64,000 bases of DNA from Camelus dromedarius (lineage: Eukaryota), in assembly GCF_036321535.1 (NCBI RefSeq), contig NC_087436.1, positions 102,922,001 through 102,986,000 of the forward strand, written 5' to 3'. The notes under the pieces are model-generated. The model had not been told where the DNA came from. It ran no database searches and saw only the letters and a list, made by a program, of their open reading frames with translations. The translations under genes and the position numbers were made by a program. Of the stretch, positions 14,155 to 26,754 are shown piece after piece; position 1 is the first letter of the stretch, and each line of letters starts with the position of its first letter.

Positions 14155-14515
14155 GAGGTTTCTGTTTCTAGGTATGATGGAGTAATGGAGCAGATTCACC
14201 CTACAGATTTAAACAAATGGAAAACTAGATAAATTTACAACACAAAAAATTATAGATAGTAGTTACCAGCAGTGCAGGACTATGTTCTCTGAGGGCTGGG
14301 AGGTGGTAATCAGGCAAGGTAAGCCCATGCGTATGGCTTTGAAGCAGAAGCAGAAATTCAAACAAAGCTTGGTGGTCTCACTGGATTAGGGAGACCTCTG
14401 AGATTGAGGAGAAGGAGACAGTTAATATCTGTGGGGTAAAACACTACAGGAGAGGACACAATACATACAGAAAGCTCCAAAAAAACTGCAGAGGATATCC
14501 TTAAAATTTTAGGGA
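14155..14515 (+). mobile_element. Old L1M 5'UTR fragment
   Basis: gaggtttctgtttctaggtatgatggagtaa...aaaactagataaa resembles old L1M 5' ends. Confidence 0.5.
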
Positions 14516-15660
14516 AGGCCTTTCAAAAGAAGTGACACTGGGGAGGAAATCAAAATCAAATCAAAATGATGAGAAGATGGTGGCGTTCATGAGATCGGGG
14601 AGAGAGTATTCAAAGCTTACAGACTAACAAGGGTGAAAACCTAACACAGGAATAAACTTGGAACGTTTGAAGTTAAAAAAAGGAAAGTAGCATAGGCAGT
14701 ACAGGATAAAAAGAAATAGATCAAATACATATGGAATGAACATTGTGGGGCTTTCCAGGCCTTCACTTAAATGTTCAATTTTTCTGTTATCATCTTGATA
14801 AACCATTGAAGGAGATGGCATCATTTAATTTGCACCTGAGAATACCCAAATTGACTACTTAATACTGGATGCATTGTAGTGGAACAAAAAATTTTAAATT
14901 GTAAGGTCTATTAGAGTTTGAAGCAGTCCTGGTGAGGTCTGATGATGATTATGATGGTGGTTGTAGAGAATTTGATGAAAAGGAGAATGAATATGATATA
15001 TTTGATAACCATCTTAAAAATATATTTTGACACTAAAGTCAAATGTTCATCAATAGATTAGATTTGGTGTATGAAGGAAAGAGAGGAATTAAACATAACT
15101 CTTAAGTTTTCGATAAATACAAGAGAGTAGATTATGGTAACATATGTTAAGATAAGAAAGGCCTTTGAGAAGCTAAGATTTGTCTCATTTAAGATGGCCA
15201 GTTGCAGATACAATGTAGGTTATGGAAGATGGTGAAGTCAAGAGTAGTGATCTGGGAGATAGCAGTATTAAATGCATAGAAGAGAATGAGATCACAGAGG
15301 AAGAGAGCATAGAGTGAAAACAGAGGAGTGCCAAAGTAAGATCCCTGAGATACCCTACTCTGATCTTTAAAAAGAGAAGTCCGTAAATAAGATAAAGAGG
15401 TGGACAGTGAGGTCAGGGGGAATTCTAGAAACTGTCATCTCCCTTAAGCAAAGAATAGAAATATTAGCACGAGAGAAGGTCTAGTCTGTCATAACTGAAG
15501 TTACTGAGAGGTAGGGTAAAAGGAAGACAGAAAACTAATCACCAGTTTGGTGACTTTAATGAGAACAATACAGTGGAGTGCTAGAGACAAATACTCAAGT
15601 AGAATAAGATGATAAAAAAACGGGTTGAAAAAGTGGAAACGAACGAGTTTAGACTATTAC
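14515..15660 (-). mobile_element. L2 LINE fragment
   Basis: Purine-rich degenerate L2 antisense text (gggaaggcctttc, gatctgggagat, aggaagagagcatagagtga). Confidence 0.6.
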
Positions 15661-15903
15661 AGGGGGCCCCAAAAGATGGAAATCTTGGGACAAACTTATT
15701 TTTAAATATTATATTCTCCAATAATCTGCTCAGTATGTTTTAACCTCCAGATCCCTTTCAATCATGCTATGTCTAAATCCAAAATCCAAAGTACAGTTGT
15801 TTACTTGAAAACCCCTCTCCCCAGTCCCTAGTAACTACCATTCCAATCTTTGATTTTATGAATTTGGCAATTTTAGAAATGCTTATCAACAGATGAATGG
15901 ATA

Positions 15904-17033
15904 GGAGAGAGAAGCAAGATGGTGGAGTAGAAGGATGCTTGTAGCTGACCCTCTCCCACAAATACACCAAAACTCACATCTACGGACCCACTCAGCCAAG
16001 CAGAGCACCTGCCAAACTCCGACAGAACATTGCCCTCTTCAAAAGACAAAGATGCCAAAAATCTGGTAGGAGAAAAGGAAAAAAGAAAGAAGAAAAAAAA
16101 ATTAGTGCAGGACTGGTCCCGTGGGGAGGAGTGGCAAAGGAGAACTGGCGCTCATTTGCTGGGTCTCCCCTCTCCAACAGAGAGTCCAGCAGGACAGAGG
16201 GGGAGCCTCTGAGGCTAAGATCTGCTGCGAGCACCCGTTGACTGACAGAACGGAGTTAAACAGGCACAAAGGGTCCCTGTGACACCCAGCCTAAGACATG
16301 AGCTGGCAGCTGGGGGCCGGGACAGGCCACCCAAGCTGGGTGGAGGACCGGGGTGGCTGCACTGAGGCAACCCCAGGGGACTGCAGGGTGCTGAACGCCA
16401 TTGCTGGGAGGGGATACAGAGCAGAACAACCTCAGTCCCCCATAAATTGGAAAAAAAAAGCAAAGCGATATGGCTGGTGTGCCCTGGGGGGAGGGTCACC
16501 ACAGCCTTTGTCTCCTCAGACCCGCGGCGCCATTACTGGCACTTCTCGCAAGAAGAGAGGTGGGGTGCAGCAGCAGCCACCATCTCCTCTTGTGCACAGT
16601 GCCCGGGCGGGGGCAGGGCACAGACCTGGATCCCATCCAGGGGCTCTGCAACCTCCTAGGCAGGACTGAGACTTGTTTACAGCACAAGGCCGATAGGATA
16701 TTTCTGCCCTGGCACCTCAGACAACTTGCACTGCCAAGACAAACAAGGAACTGAGAGGCACAGAGCAGGGGCAGGGCTGTTCCGTGGTCTTCCAAGCCCA
16801 CCTACGGAGTGCCAACCCGAGCTGGAGCGGCAGCTGCACAGAGCAGCGGAGCGACCAGGGCCAGGAGAGGGCGGGCAGCCACCCACCTTCCTGGCAGGAA
16901 CGCAGCACCTGACCACAGTGCTTGGAGGGGGTGTGATCCGCCCACCTGCCTTGCCCAAGTGCAGCATCTGACTGCAGCATCGGGACGGGGAGTTACCCAC
17001 CCACCTACCCACTGGCCACAGTGCCAGAGAGAT
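15904..17033 (+). promoter_or_regulatory. L1 5'UTR internal promoter region
   Basis: YY1-like CAAGATGG near the 5' end; about 1.1 kb of GC-rich sequence with residual CpGs upstream of ORF1. Confidence 0.7.
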
Positions 17034-17944
17034 ATGAGCAATATGAAGAAGCAGAGGAACCACTCCCAATTAAAAGATCAAGAGAAATCCCCTGAAAGCA
17101 TGATCAAGGAAATAGACATTGATGGCCTACTAGATCAAGATTTCGAAAAAGGAGTGATCAAGGTACTGAAGGAACTAAAAGAAATGGTGTTTAGAGATAT
17201 AAAATATGTCAAAAATGAAATAGAAGCTATAAAGAAGAACCAAGTAGAATTAGTAAACTCATTTGCTGAGATGAGAGCTGACCTAAAGGCTGTACAAAGC
17301 AGGCTACATAATGCAGAGGAACGAATAAGTGACCTAGAAGACAGGACAACAGAAAGCACCCAATCAGAACAGCTGAGAGAAAAACAAATAAAAAACAATG
17401 AAAACAATATAAGGGACCTATGGGATAATATAAAGCATGCCAATCTATGCATAATAGGGGTTCCCCAAGGGGAAAAAAGAACAAAGGGGATTGAGAAAGT
17501 ATTGGAAGAAGTCATGACTGAAAACTTCCCATACCTAAAGAAGGAATCAGATATCCAAGTACAGGAGGCTCAGAGGGTCCCAAACAGGAAGAATCCAAAC
17601 AGACCCACACCAAGACATATAATCAAGATGGCCAGAGTCAAGGATAAAGAAATGATCCTAAAGGCAGCAAGAGAAAAACAAAGAGTGAGTTACAAGGGAA
17701 CCCCCATAAGGCTCTCAACTGAATTCTCTACACAAACAGTACAGGCCAGAAGGGAGTGGCAAGATATATTCAAAGTCCTGAATGAAAAACTGATGCAGCC
17801 TAGGATAATCTATCCAGCAAGGCTATCCTTTAAAATAGAAGAAGAGATAAAAAAAAAAAAAACTTCACAGACAAGTAAAAACTAAAAGAGTTTATTAGCA
17901 AAACTAAACCCATGCTAAAAGAAATGTTGACAGGTCTACTCTAA
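17034..17944 (+). pseudogene. L1 ORF1p (RNA-binding protein), open for ~270 codons and disrupted near the C-terminus
   Basis: MSNMKKQRNHSQLK...LWDNIKHANLCIIGVPQGE...ENFPYL...QEAQRVP...PTPRHII...ILKAAREK...YKGTPIRLS...ARREW...YPARLSF. An A14 run at 17849-17862 shifts the frame; the native-looking end (NFTDK*KLKEF...MLTGLL*) finishes at 17944 and contains a TAA at 17876. Confidence 0.92.
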
Positions 17945-18086
17945 ATAGAAAAGAAGCAAGATGCTACAAAAATGATAAACTCATAACAGGAAAGGAGATA
18001 ACTGCCATGAATTACAAAAAGAATAAACACAAAACTGTAAAAGAAGACATCTAAATCATTAAGAGTGGGAGAGGGAAGCAAGGAAA

Positions 18087-18445
18087 GCTACTGTGGAAAA
18101 CAGTATGGAGATTCCTCAAAAGACTAGGAATAGACTTACCATGTGACCCAGGAATCTCGCTCCTGGGCATATATCCAGAAGGAACCCTACTTCAAAATGA
18201 CACCTGCACCCCAATGTTCATAGCAGCACTATTCACAATAGCCAAAACATGGAAACAGCCTAAATGTCCATCAACAGATGACTGAATAAAGAAGAGGTGG
18301 TATATTTATACAATGGAATACTATTCAGCCACAAAAACTGACAACATAACATCATTTGCAGCAACATGGACGTTCCTGGAGAATGTCATTGTTAAGTGAA
18401 GTAAGTCAGAAAGAGAAAGAAAAATACCATATGAGACTGCTCATA
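18087..18445 (+). pseudogene. L1 ORF2p C-terminal remnant (no EN or RT domains)
   Basis: Translates as [30 protein letters not shown]...CTPMFIAALFTIAKTWKQPKCPSTDD*IKKRWYIYTMEYYSA. Confidence 0.9.
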
Positions 18446-18794
18446 TGACAAATTTTAAAATAAAATAAAATAAATACAAGACAGAAACAGACTCATAGAT
18501 ATAGAATACAAACTTGAGTTTGCCAAGGGGTGGGGGGTGGGAAGGGACAGACTGGGATTTTAAAATGCAGAATAGATAAACAAGATTATGCTGTATAGCA
18601 CAGGGAAATATATACAAGATCTTGTAGTAGCTCACAGCGAAAAAAAAATGTGACAATGAATATACGTATGTTCATGTATAGCTAAAAAATTGTGCTCTAC
18701 ACTGGAATTTGACACAACATTGTAAAATGACTATTACTCAATTAAAACATGTTTAAAAAAAAACAGACGAATGGATAAACAAAATGCCATATAT

Positions 18795-18802
<8 letters not shown>

Positions 18803-18859
<57 letters not shown>
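18803..18859. repeat. (CA)n microsatellite
   Basis: Perfect dinucleotide run. Confidence 0.97.
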
Positions 18860-18861
<2 letters not shown>

Positions 18862-18990
18862 CCTCCCTCCATATCTGGGGGAAATTGGTTCCAGGACCCC
18901 CAAGGGTACCAAACTCTGAAGATGCTCAAGCGCTTTATATAGAAGGAGGTGGTACAGTTAATCCTCTGTATCCTCAGGTTTCCAAGGGCC
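18858..18990. mobile_element. MER2-like Tigger-family DNA transposon fragment inside the old host L1
   Basis: cagtcctccctccatatctggggg...ttggttccaggacccc...taccaaa...gatgctcaag; the host L1 resumes at tacaatggaatactattcagcc. Confidence 0.75.
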
Positions 18991-20519
18991 AATTATACAA
19001 TGGAATACTATTCAGCCTTTAAAAATAATAAACAACATTCTTAATCGGTTGCTTATTTGGCCATCCTTCTCTGAGTACAGCACATACATACCCTCCTTCT
19101 CCTCCTCCTCATCATTAGTTTGGGGAAATTTTGTGCAGTATGTTAGTAAACACAAAAGTGAATACAGTACTTGATCCGTATCACCCAGACTGAGTGATGC
19201 CGTAAGATCTCTTCCATTTTCATTAAAGCAAATGCATTACATACCTACTTTGTTACTGTAATCGTATTTGTACAGGCTGCAGAACTGTGGAAGTCAGAAC
19301 CTGAGTCTACAAGATACATTCATTACAGTTCCCTTTGCATCTTACATTGTTCCACAGAGATAAGCAAGATAAGCAAGTTGGAGAATTACATTTTGTTCCC
19401 GCTGAGTTAATGCTATTACTATAGAGTTACCCCCAGGATGACACATCTCTGTTATAGCAGGCTTTGTATGACTAAGGTCTTCCATTAATGTAATCTCATA
19501 AATTTATAAAAAGCCAAAATGAGAGCTCTTGTTTTTCCAATGTGTTTATCAAACAATGAGTTCATATTATTGGCTCTAAAAAGCTTGCTTTAAAGTAATT
19601 AAAAGCAGAACTTATGTCACCCAAGGGTAATTGCTGTTTATTTATTTATTGTTTTACAATTTACCTTCATTAGTTCAGAGTGACAGGGCCAACTGCAGAA
19701 CAAGCATCAGGTTGTTAGGATGTTCTGACCGTTTAAACTCAAATAATTAGTGGAGTGAAAATTTCAAAAAGTACACCTATTTGAATGTGATTCAGCAATT
19801 GATGTAGACCTCAAACAGGAAAGAAAAGCACACAACTGAATTTCAACAAATGCCTTTTCCTGTACTTTTAAATGAAAAAACAAAAAAAAACAGTGATTGA
19901 AATTGATACACAGGTATGCGCACCATTATATTTAAGTAACCAATCTGAATCAATGAGGTACAGGTGTTCCACTGGTTGAAGTAACTCATGCCCTTTACTC
20001 ACAGTCATCTGAATTTATCTCTGTATCTACCTGGGGGAAAAAAAAAACCTAATGAACATTATCTAGAGTGTGCACCTGTATTTCTATGTGTCTGTTTTGT
20101 CTTTTTGGAAATTAGGGCCTTGATCTCAAATTTAAGCTTCTGCAATCAATAAATACTGATCCAACTTGAAATTAATTAAATTCAATTTCCTCAACTATCT
20201 TCAGGAACTTAGAGATATATCTGGATATATGCTTTTAAAGTTGCAAGTCCAGATATTATTTTTCAAAAAGTTTATATATATACCTGAATATAGAAATACA
20301 CAAAAGAGTCAACTATTGATGCTATATTCTATCTAAATGCTAACTGATAAAATCATGAATTCATTTTTTTATATAAACATGAATTAAGCATTTATGAAAT
20401 TCCAGGTAATTAAACAGATTTCCAATATTCAGTAAGACATATAAAATACAATCTCTAAGTAGATCATAGTGTTATATTAATAAATAAATTATTGTTACAA
20501 TTATTACTACTGTTATTAG

Positions 20520-20720
20520 CCACACTGATGGATTATAACTCATTGCATGAATTAATCTCATCACATATTCTATGAAACAAATTATAACCCACATTTTGCA
20601 GATTAGGAAACACCTGAGAAGTAAAGTAACTTCTCCGTGTCACATGGCCAGTGGTTGTCAGAGCTGGACACTGAAACCACAGTCTGAATCTACATCCAAA
20701 TGTCTTAGCTATTATATCAT
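20520..20720 (-). mobile_element. MIR SINE
   Basis: cattttgcagattaggaaac...aagtaacttctcc..gtcacatggccagt core motif. Confidence 0.7.
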
Positions 20721-21452
20721 GCTGTGCCTCTGATAGACAATATCTCTCTAAAAATGTGTCACAAATACCATGATTACTATGTAAAAGAGCCAGTGTTAAG
20801 AAAAGTGGGTGAAGCATGGTAAGAAGTCAAATCTACCATTGATTTGAATAAAGCAAGTCAAGAGAAAATTTATACAGCATAGAACCCAGACACTGGATCT
20901 TTAAAGATGAGTCAGTATCCATGAGGTACATAAGCTCGTGGAGAAAGAGCAACTTGAGTAAAAGATTCAGGTATAAAATAACCTGGAATTACGAGGAGAT
21001 TGCTAATAGTTCAGCAGGGCAGAGAGCATGAAGGAATGGACGTAGCAAAGGAAGAGACAAAAGTCTGAGAATGAAGGAAAGGCAAAATATTAAACTGTCT
21101 TGGATTCTCATGTTTCTAGACATTTATTATACAAATACCAGAAAATTGTAGGAGCTATCCAGAGCAGTATTTTAAAATATACATTTATTTCAATATAACT
21201 TAAGAAAAATTTAATATAAACTTACTGAACTTTGTGATGTATGTTGTGAAGCTGAAATAAACATTTAAATAAAATGATGAGTTGATTTAAAAAGAACTAT
21301 CAAGTGCACCTTAATGCACTCCTATGACAAAACAGTTTGACAGATTGTTTATAAACTACATCTGTGTATGAAATAAGGAGCCTGGTTTTTGTTCTATGAA
21401 TAGTTAAGAATAGATTAAAAGCACTTTCACGTTAGCATTTTCATCTTGAAAC

Positions 21453-22090
21453 TGAGACAGGAAGGGGGCAGGGCACAGCCATTCAAGGAATAGCACAGCA
21501 ATTAACACTAGAATGGTGAAAAATTCAACCTCCAGCAGGCCTTGCAGCTCAAGATAGTGGGAGATTTGACTTCTGGTAGACCTTGAGCTTCATTATAAGC
21601 CCATTGTAATATATTAACATGGTGAATAATGCCCACAGGTGCCATGACAGTCCCAAGGCTAGCCACAATAGGTCAAAGAGAGGGAAATGGCCAACTTCCT
21701 GGGAATCCCAGCCCCTTCCCCTAGTTAGTTAGGCTAGTTAGACTAAGTCCTTCCACTTACCAGCATATGAAGCCACCGAGCCCATAAAAACTGGCAACAC
21801 AGTGCCTTGTGGCCGCTCCCCTCTCTCCCTCTTCGGAGATGGCCCACACTCTTGTCTATGGAGTGTGTACCTACTTCTATTCTAATCTGAGCACCCAACC
21901 CCCACACATTGTGGTCTTTCTTTTGTCTTTTGATGTCTCTCTAAATAAATCTACCTTTACTCAACTGTGGCTCTTGAATTCTTTCCTGCATGAAGCCAAA
22001 GACCCACACTAGGTGGGGCACGTCCCAGGGGCTCAACTGAAACCTGGGACACAGCCCTCCTTACACCCCACATTTGTTTTTCCTGCATCA
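21453..22090 (+). mobile_element. ERV1-type solo LTR (638 bp) with perfect 4-bp TSD
   Basis: TG...CA termini; AAAC at 21449-21452 and 22091-22094; TATA-like CATAAAA at 21783; AATAAA at 21944. Confidence 0.9.
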
Positions 22091-23584
22091 AAACTATTCA
22101 CTTAGCAGGACCTGCGTAAGTACAATATGAATTTAGTCACTGATGGAGCATTGGGAGTTAGGCAAAGGATACAAATCAGGGTGCCTGAAGTGACTCTAGC
22201 TTGGGCAAACGAGGGCTGCTAGTACCAGCCGTTGAACTGTAGAACAGAGAACCATAGTCGGTTTTGTTTTATGTTTTGTGAGGGCAGGTTGAATTTCAGA
22301 TTCAGACATATTCAGATTGAATGCCCAAATGCAGTTATTGATGGGCTGGAAATTGAGAGTCACTAAGCACTTTGATAGGAAAAATGACATTGCCACTGGG
22401 ACAGTTGTACGCATAAGTAAAGCACATGTCAAAACAGTATAAACATATTTCCTGCTGTGAGACATCTTGTGATTAGACAATGGTTTAAGACACTTGGATT
22501 TAAATATCTAGGACACACACTAAAAATAGACTCTTGCTAACTATGTTGAACTTATTCAGTCAGAATTTGCAGATGGTGGGGCTCAGGCCTTCATATTTTG
22601 AACAATTTTCTTAAGTAATTTATCAGCATAGCCTATTTTGAGGATAATAATTCTTAAATAGATGTAATCCCCCTCTAGGTGCTTGCACTCCCCAAACCTT
22701 CCCACCTACCGTTTTATGATGTTAAAAGGTTACATACAACACAAACTAAAGAAAGACAGGGTCTCTTTTTTGTTCAATTTCAAGAATCATGATAAAAGTA
22801 GCAACGGACAGTAGGAAGACAATTTTAAGGAAAGCAAGTCAGGTATAGGGGGGTTGGGTCTACATTGTTCCTAAACTATCCAGTTCCCAGGTAATTGTTG
22901 CTTTGCTAGCATGTGGGTTCAGTGTTACCAATTTGTATAATTTTTAAACGTTAAATTGGCAACTAGTTAAAATTACAACAAAAGCAATAAAACTGGCGGC
23001 TGGTGTCAGCTTCTAATCTATCTTTTTGAAGCTCTTGGTCAAGCTCATTCTTATTCATTATTTTCTGTGGAATAAGGAAGACTCAAAATGATGATTTAAC
23101 GTAATTTTCAACACCATCCCTAATATAACCATAATTCATCTGTGAATGGATAGAAACATATGAAACGCACAATTACGCTTCTAAGTGCTAATGTGCAGTA
23201 GGTCGTTGACTGCTCAAATGCTTATTAATGATGTACACTTCTGCTCTTTTCTATGACTGTCACTCTGGCCAGGAATCTAAGGACTGTAGCACTACTTAAT
23301 ATATGATAGTGATTCCAAATTTGGATAGTATAAAACGATCAAATTTTCAGTTGGTAATTTCTTCGCTCAGTAAAGGAAAAAAAAAAAAGTCCAACCCTTT
23401 GAATTCTCCAAGATACTAAGTAAAACTAATGTGTTATTATTATTATTAGTCTTTCAGAAAGACCAGGAGTACATGAATGCTAACTTATTTAAATAATGAT
23501 TGTCTGAGCTATTAACCATAATAGTACCTGACAATGAAACACATCCACTTGGATGACAGTTTATGATGGAAAATTTGGACTTCC

Positions 23585-24436
23585 GTGTTCAATATTTTTA
23601 GTCTTTCCCTTCAAATATTATTCTCCATCCTCCTGCACCTTACTCTCCATCCCAGGATGGAGACCTGTGTTACTGTGTTAGGTAGCTCTCTTGCCTTGTG
23701 GCCAGTGAAAAACTTAAGGGATGAGGAAGAAAAGTATCAGAAAGAGGTCAGGACGTACCTCCCTGCGTCCTCCCAGAAGGCATTATACCTCTCCCGCCTC
23801 CCAGTTGCCCTTTTCTTCATTACTCCTACCCGAAGTCTGAAGGCTGGTGACAAGAAGCCTCTGAAAACTTTTATTGTAATTTTATGTGCAAATTTTATGT
23901 TTATTGGGTTTTAACTTTAAAAGGTGGAGCTTGCATTCTGTCTTTTTTATTTCACTTTGCTAGTAATTTATTTTTACTGTGTTTTTACAAAAATATCAGT
24001 TTGCAAAGGATTAGAAAGTAAACAAAACAAAACAAACATACACAGAAATTTGGTTCTTCCGCCATAGATAAGGTTGCCAGATTTTGCAACTAAAAATACA
24101 ATATACCATTTAATTTTGAATTTCAGAAAAAAAAAAAAATGAATAAATTGTCTAGCATAATCTGTCCCAAATACTCCATGCGTTTTCTCTGGCAAATCTA
24201 CTACAGATGGTTTGAGAAATTCTGCTCTGCATGATTCTCTCCTTCCAAGTCTTCTAAGCTGTGTCCTTTTGGATGTAGGGTAGTAACAGCTCTGTTAACA
24301 GTGAAGTCCTGCGTATTCCCTGTAAATTTTCTGCCATCATGGCCATACCTTTTCCCAGAGTTCCTTTGTAAAAGTCTCCTCTGATTATCTCAGTTGAGTA
24401 CGCCATGTGTTCCTTGCTGGGACTTTGACTGGTACA
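23585..24436 (+). mobile_element. LTR33-like ERVL LTR interrupted by DNA-transposon pieces
   Basis: 5' attctccatcctcctgcacc...ctcttgccttgtggc; 3' gccatgtgttccttgctgggactttgactggtaca. Confidence 0.65.
24070..24200. mobile_element. MER53-like hAT MITE
   Basis: Inverted termini aggttgccaga / tctggcaaatcta; degenerate 8-bp TSD ccatagat / ctacagat. Confidence 0.75.
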
Positions 24437-24989
24437 GCTTCCCTGCTAAATTCTTCCAATTACTTCTAAATCCCAGTATTTAATGCCCTCCGCAGTCTTT
24501 TCACTAGATTTCCCCTCCTCAGAATTGCCACACTGTGTATACCAATATGTTAAGAAAGAATAGAAGCTGTTCCAGAAACACTGGATGCCTAATTTGGGGA
24601 AGACAAGAGCCATTAAACTGCCAATCAGCATTATCCAGATGTCTGCATCTGTTTACCTCATTCCTCACATTCTTTTCTCCCTCTAGCTAACTGCTTCCAA
24701 TATGTAGTTTACTTGCTCTCAGACTCTTTGTCACAACCTTTCTTAATTGCCCCAATTCACATCCTGCAACTTTGTAATGCAGAAAATGAATAAACTTGCT
24801 GTGAACTAACCGTTACTGAGCATGACACGGAACACACTCCTATTTTCTAGTTTAAGCTTTGTGCTCCATATGGGAGCAGATCCAAGACTTCCCCAAACAC
24901 CAATTGCTTCTCTCACCTTCACAGAAAAATGCTAGAACTCTCAGCTTGAAATTTCTCTGCTTTTAATCAGGCAACTAGCTCAGTTATAA

Positions 24990-25125
24990 GGAGATTCTTA
25001 TTTTAGACAGTGCCTGAAGTTGAGGTGAAATCTGCTTCCTTGTAACTTCCAACTATTACTTCTAATTCTGTCCTGTGTAGTAAGAATATAGTGCCCTCTT
25101 TTACACATGATAGTGCTTCATACCA
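24990..25125 (-). mobile_element. L3/CR1 LINE fragment
   Basis: gttgaggtgaaatctgcttccttgtaacttcca...ccctcttttacacatgatag. Confidence 0.6.
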
Positions 25126-26754
25126 TCAACATTTAATGCGTGGCTAACAAAATCATGTCATTGTATTAGACGCTCTCCATTACAATATACTGCAACGTAA
25201 TGATTCATCTAAAAACAAGATATTATAAATTATTACAAATAGCTGTGTGTTTTACAAAAAGCATGTAAACTTTCCTCAAGGTATGGTTTTATCGACATGC
25301 AATTTAATTCTGCCTTACAATGCTAGTACTAAGTTATATAGATCCTCTAAAGACATTCTCTAAAAAAGCAAATAATCATTTCCTGGTTGTGAATAAAATA
25401 ATCTTCTAAAAATTAGAAGAAAATAACACCTGCATTTTGATTAAAATTCAAGTCTACCACTCCTTATCAGAGTGATCTTAAGCAAGCCATTTAATTATTT
25501 TATAATTGGTAGATACAACACTTTTATTACACTCTTACTAACAGAAAGATACATATTATGTTACTGGTCTTGTGATGTTACATCTGTGTTTAGATACTGC
25601 CTCATATATTCCAGGAAGAATCTACAGTGTTTATTAATTTAAGGAATAGATCTATTGCCATATTCTTTGCTACTACTATACGTGCATTTGTGTTTAGATT
25701 TTTAATGCACAAAAAATATGTGATCATCTGTGTTAACCTCTTAAGGGCCTTTGTTGGGAACATGGTTAGATCCAAGGTCAGAGCATGGCAAATATAACAA
25801 ATTATGTTAGAGAAAGAGTGTGGGCTACTTGCTTATACTATATATAATACGTCTTTTGTATTTGCTTTGGTTTACATGACCACTTTATTTCAAGAAAATA
25901 GTCATATTGAAAAACTTGAAATTGTGAAGTGTGTAACAGTTAAGGATATAGTTCCATTTTAAAATATATTACACACGGCTGTCAATATCCTTCCTCATAT
26001 CACTCTCCTGATCCAACAATTATTTTTCCAAGGGAAAAGGGGAAAGGAGAAAGGGGAATTGACCAGAAAGGGAATACAGTTTAAGCAAGTAAACATGTGG
26101 TCTATATACTTTTAGGATGTGCCTAATGTTTCTCCCATTCTACTCCTTGGCTTCGGCTTTGTCAAGTGGAGGAAACCTTGCCCTCAAAATTCTACTGTAG
26201 CATTTTCTAGACAGGGAGACACACATGTAAATGTCTTAAGAAAAGGTCTGCATTTTATTTCTGATGCTACTCCCAACCTCTTTCAATAATTCTGTCACCT
26301 ACTAGACTCATAACAATTTTTTAATGAATATGTCACTACCACATAACTCTTTGTTCACTATTCATTCATCCATTCAACAGCTTCCACCGATTGCCTATCA
26401 TGTTTCAATGCACTGTTCAGATGTGCTGCCCTCCCCCTCCAGACTACCATCAGAGTCATTTCTAACGTTTGAATCTCACTGTGCCATCCTCTTATTTAAA
26501 TCCCTCAATGAATCTCTTTAATACCAACATGATAAATTACATAATCTCCACAGTACGGAATATGCTACCCTTCATCAGTTGAGTTCTGTCTTACCTTTCC
26601 ACATCCCTGTCCTGTTGACCCCACATTTGTTCTTAGTCTATTGTATAGCTCCATTAATTTGTGATCCTCCAGAAATGTGCCACATTTCTGCACATTTCAA
26701 TGTATATATTTGTTCAACTTATCACATTTTCTTCATGAAGTCCTATTCTAATTA

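Larger units (their letters stand above)
15904..18761 (+). mobile_element. Young L1 with intact 5' and 3' ends but almost all of ORF2 missing (2.86 kb), inserted into an older L1
   Basis: 5' start ggagagagaagcaagatgg; GC-rich 5'UTR; ORF1; spacer; ORF2 C-terminal tail only; 3'UTR with G-rich tract and A tail; TSD AACAGA(T/C)GAATGGATA at 15888-15903 and 18762-18777. Confidence 0.93.

Noticed and set aside
16809..17033. 75-codon N-terminal extension of the 358-aa ORF
   Set aside because: It begins at GTG in the GC-rich L1 5'UTR, where open frames are expected; ORF1 homology begins at the ATG at 17034/17043.
15992..17515. Many overlapping sense and antisense ORFs in the L1 5'UTR and ORF1 (ORF0-like idea)
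   Set aside because: Explained by GC richness and the antisense shadow of ORF1; most have non-ATG starts; no homology recognised, and ORF0 is described for primate L1.
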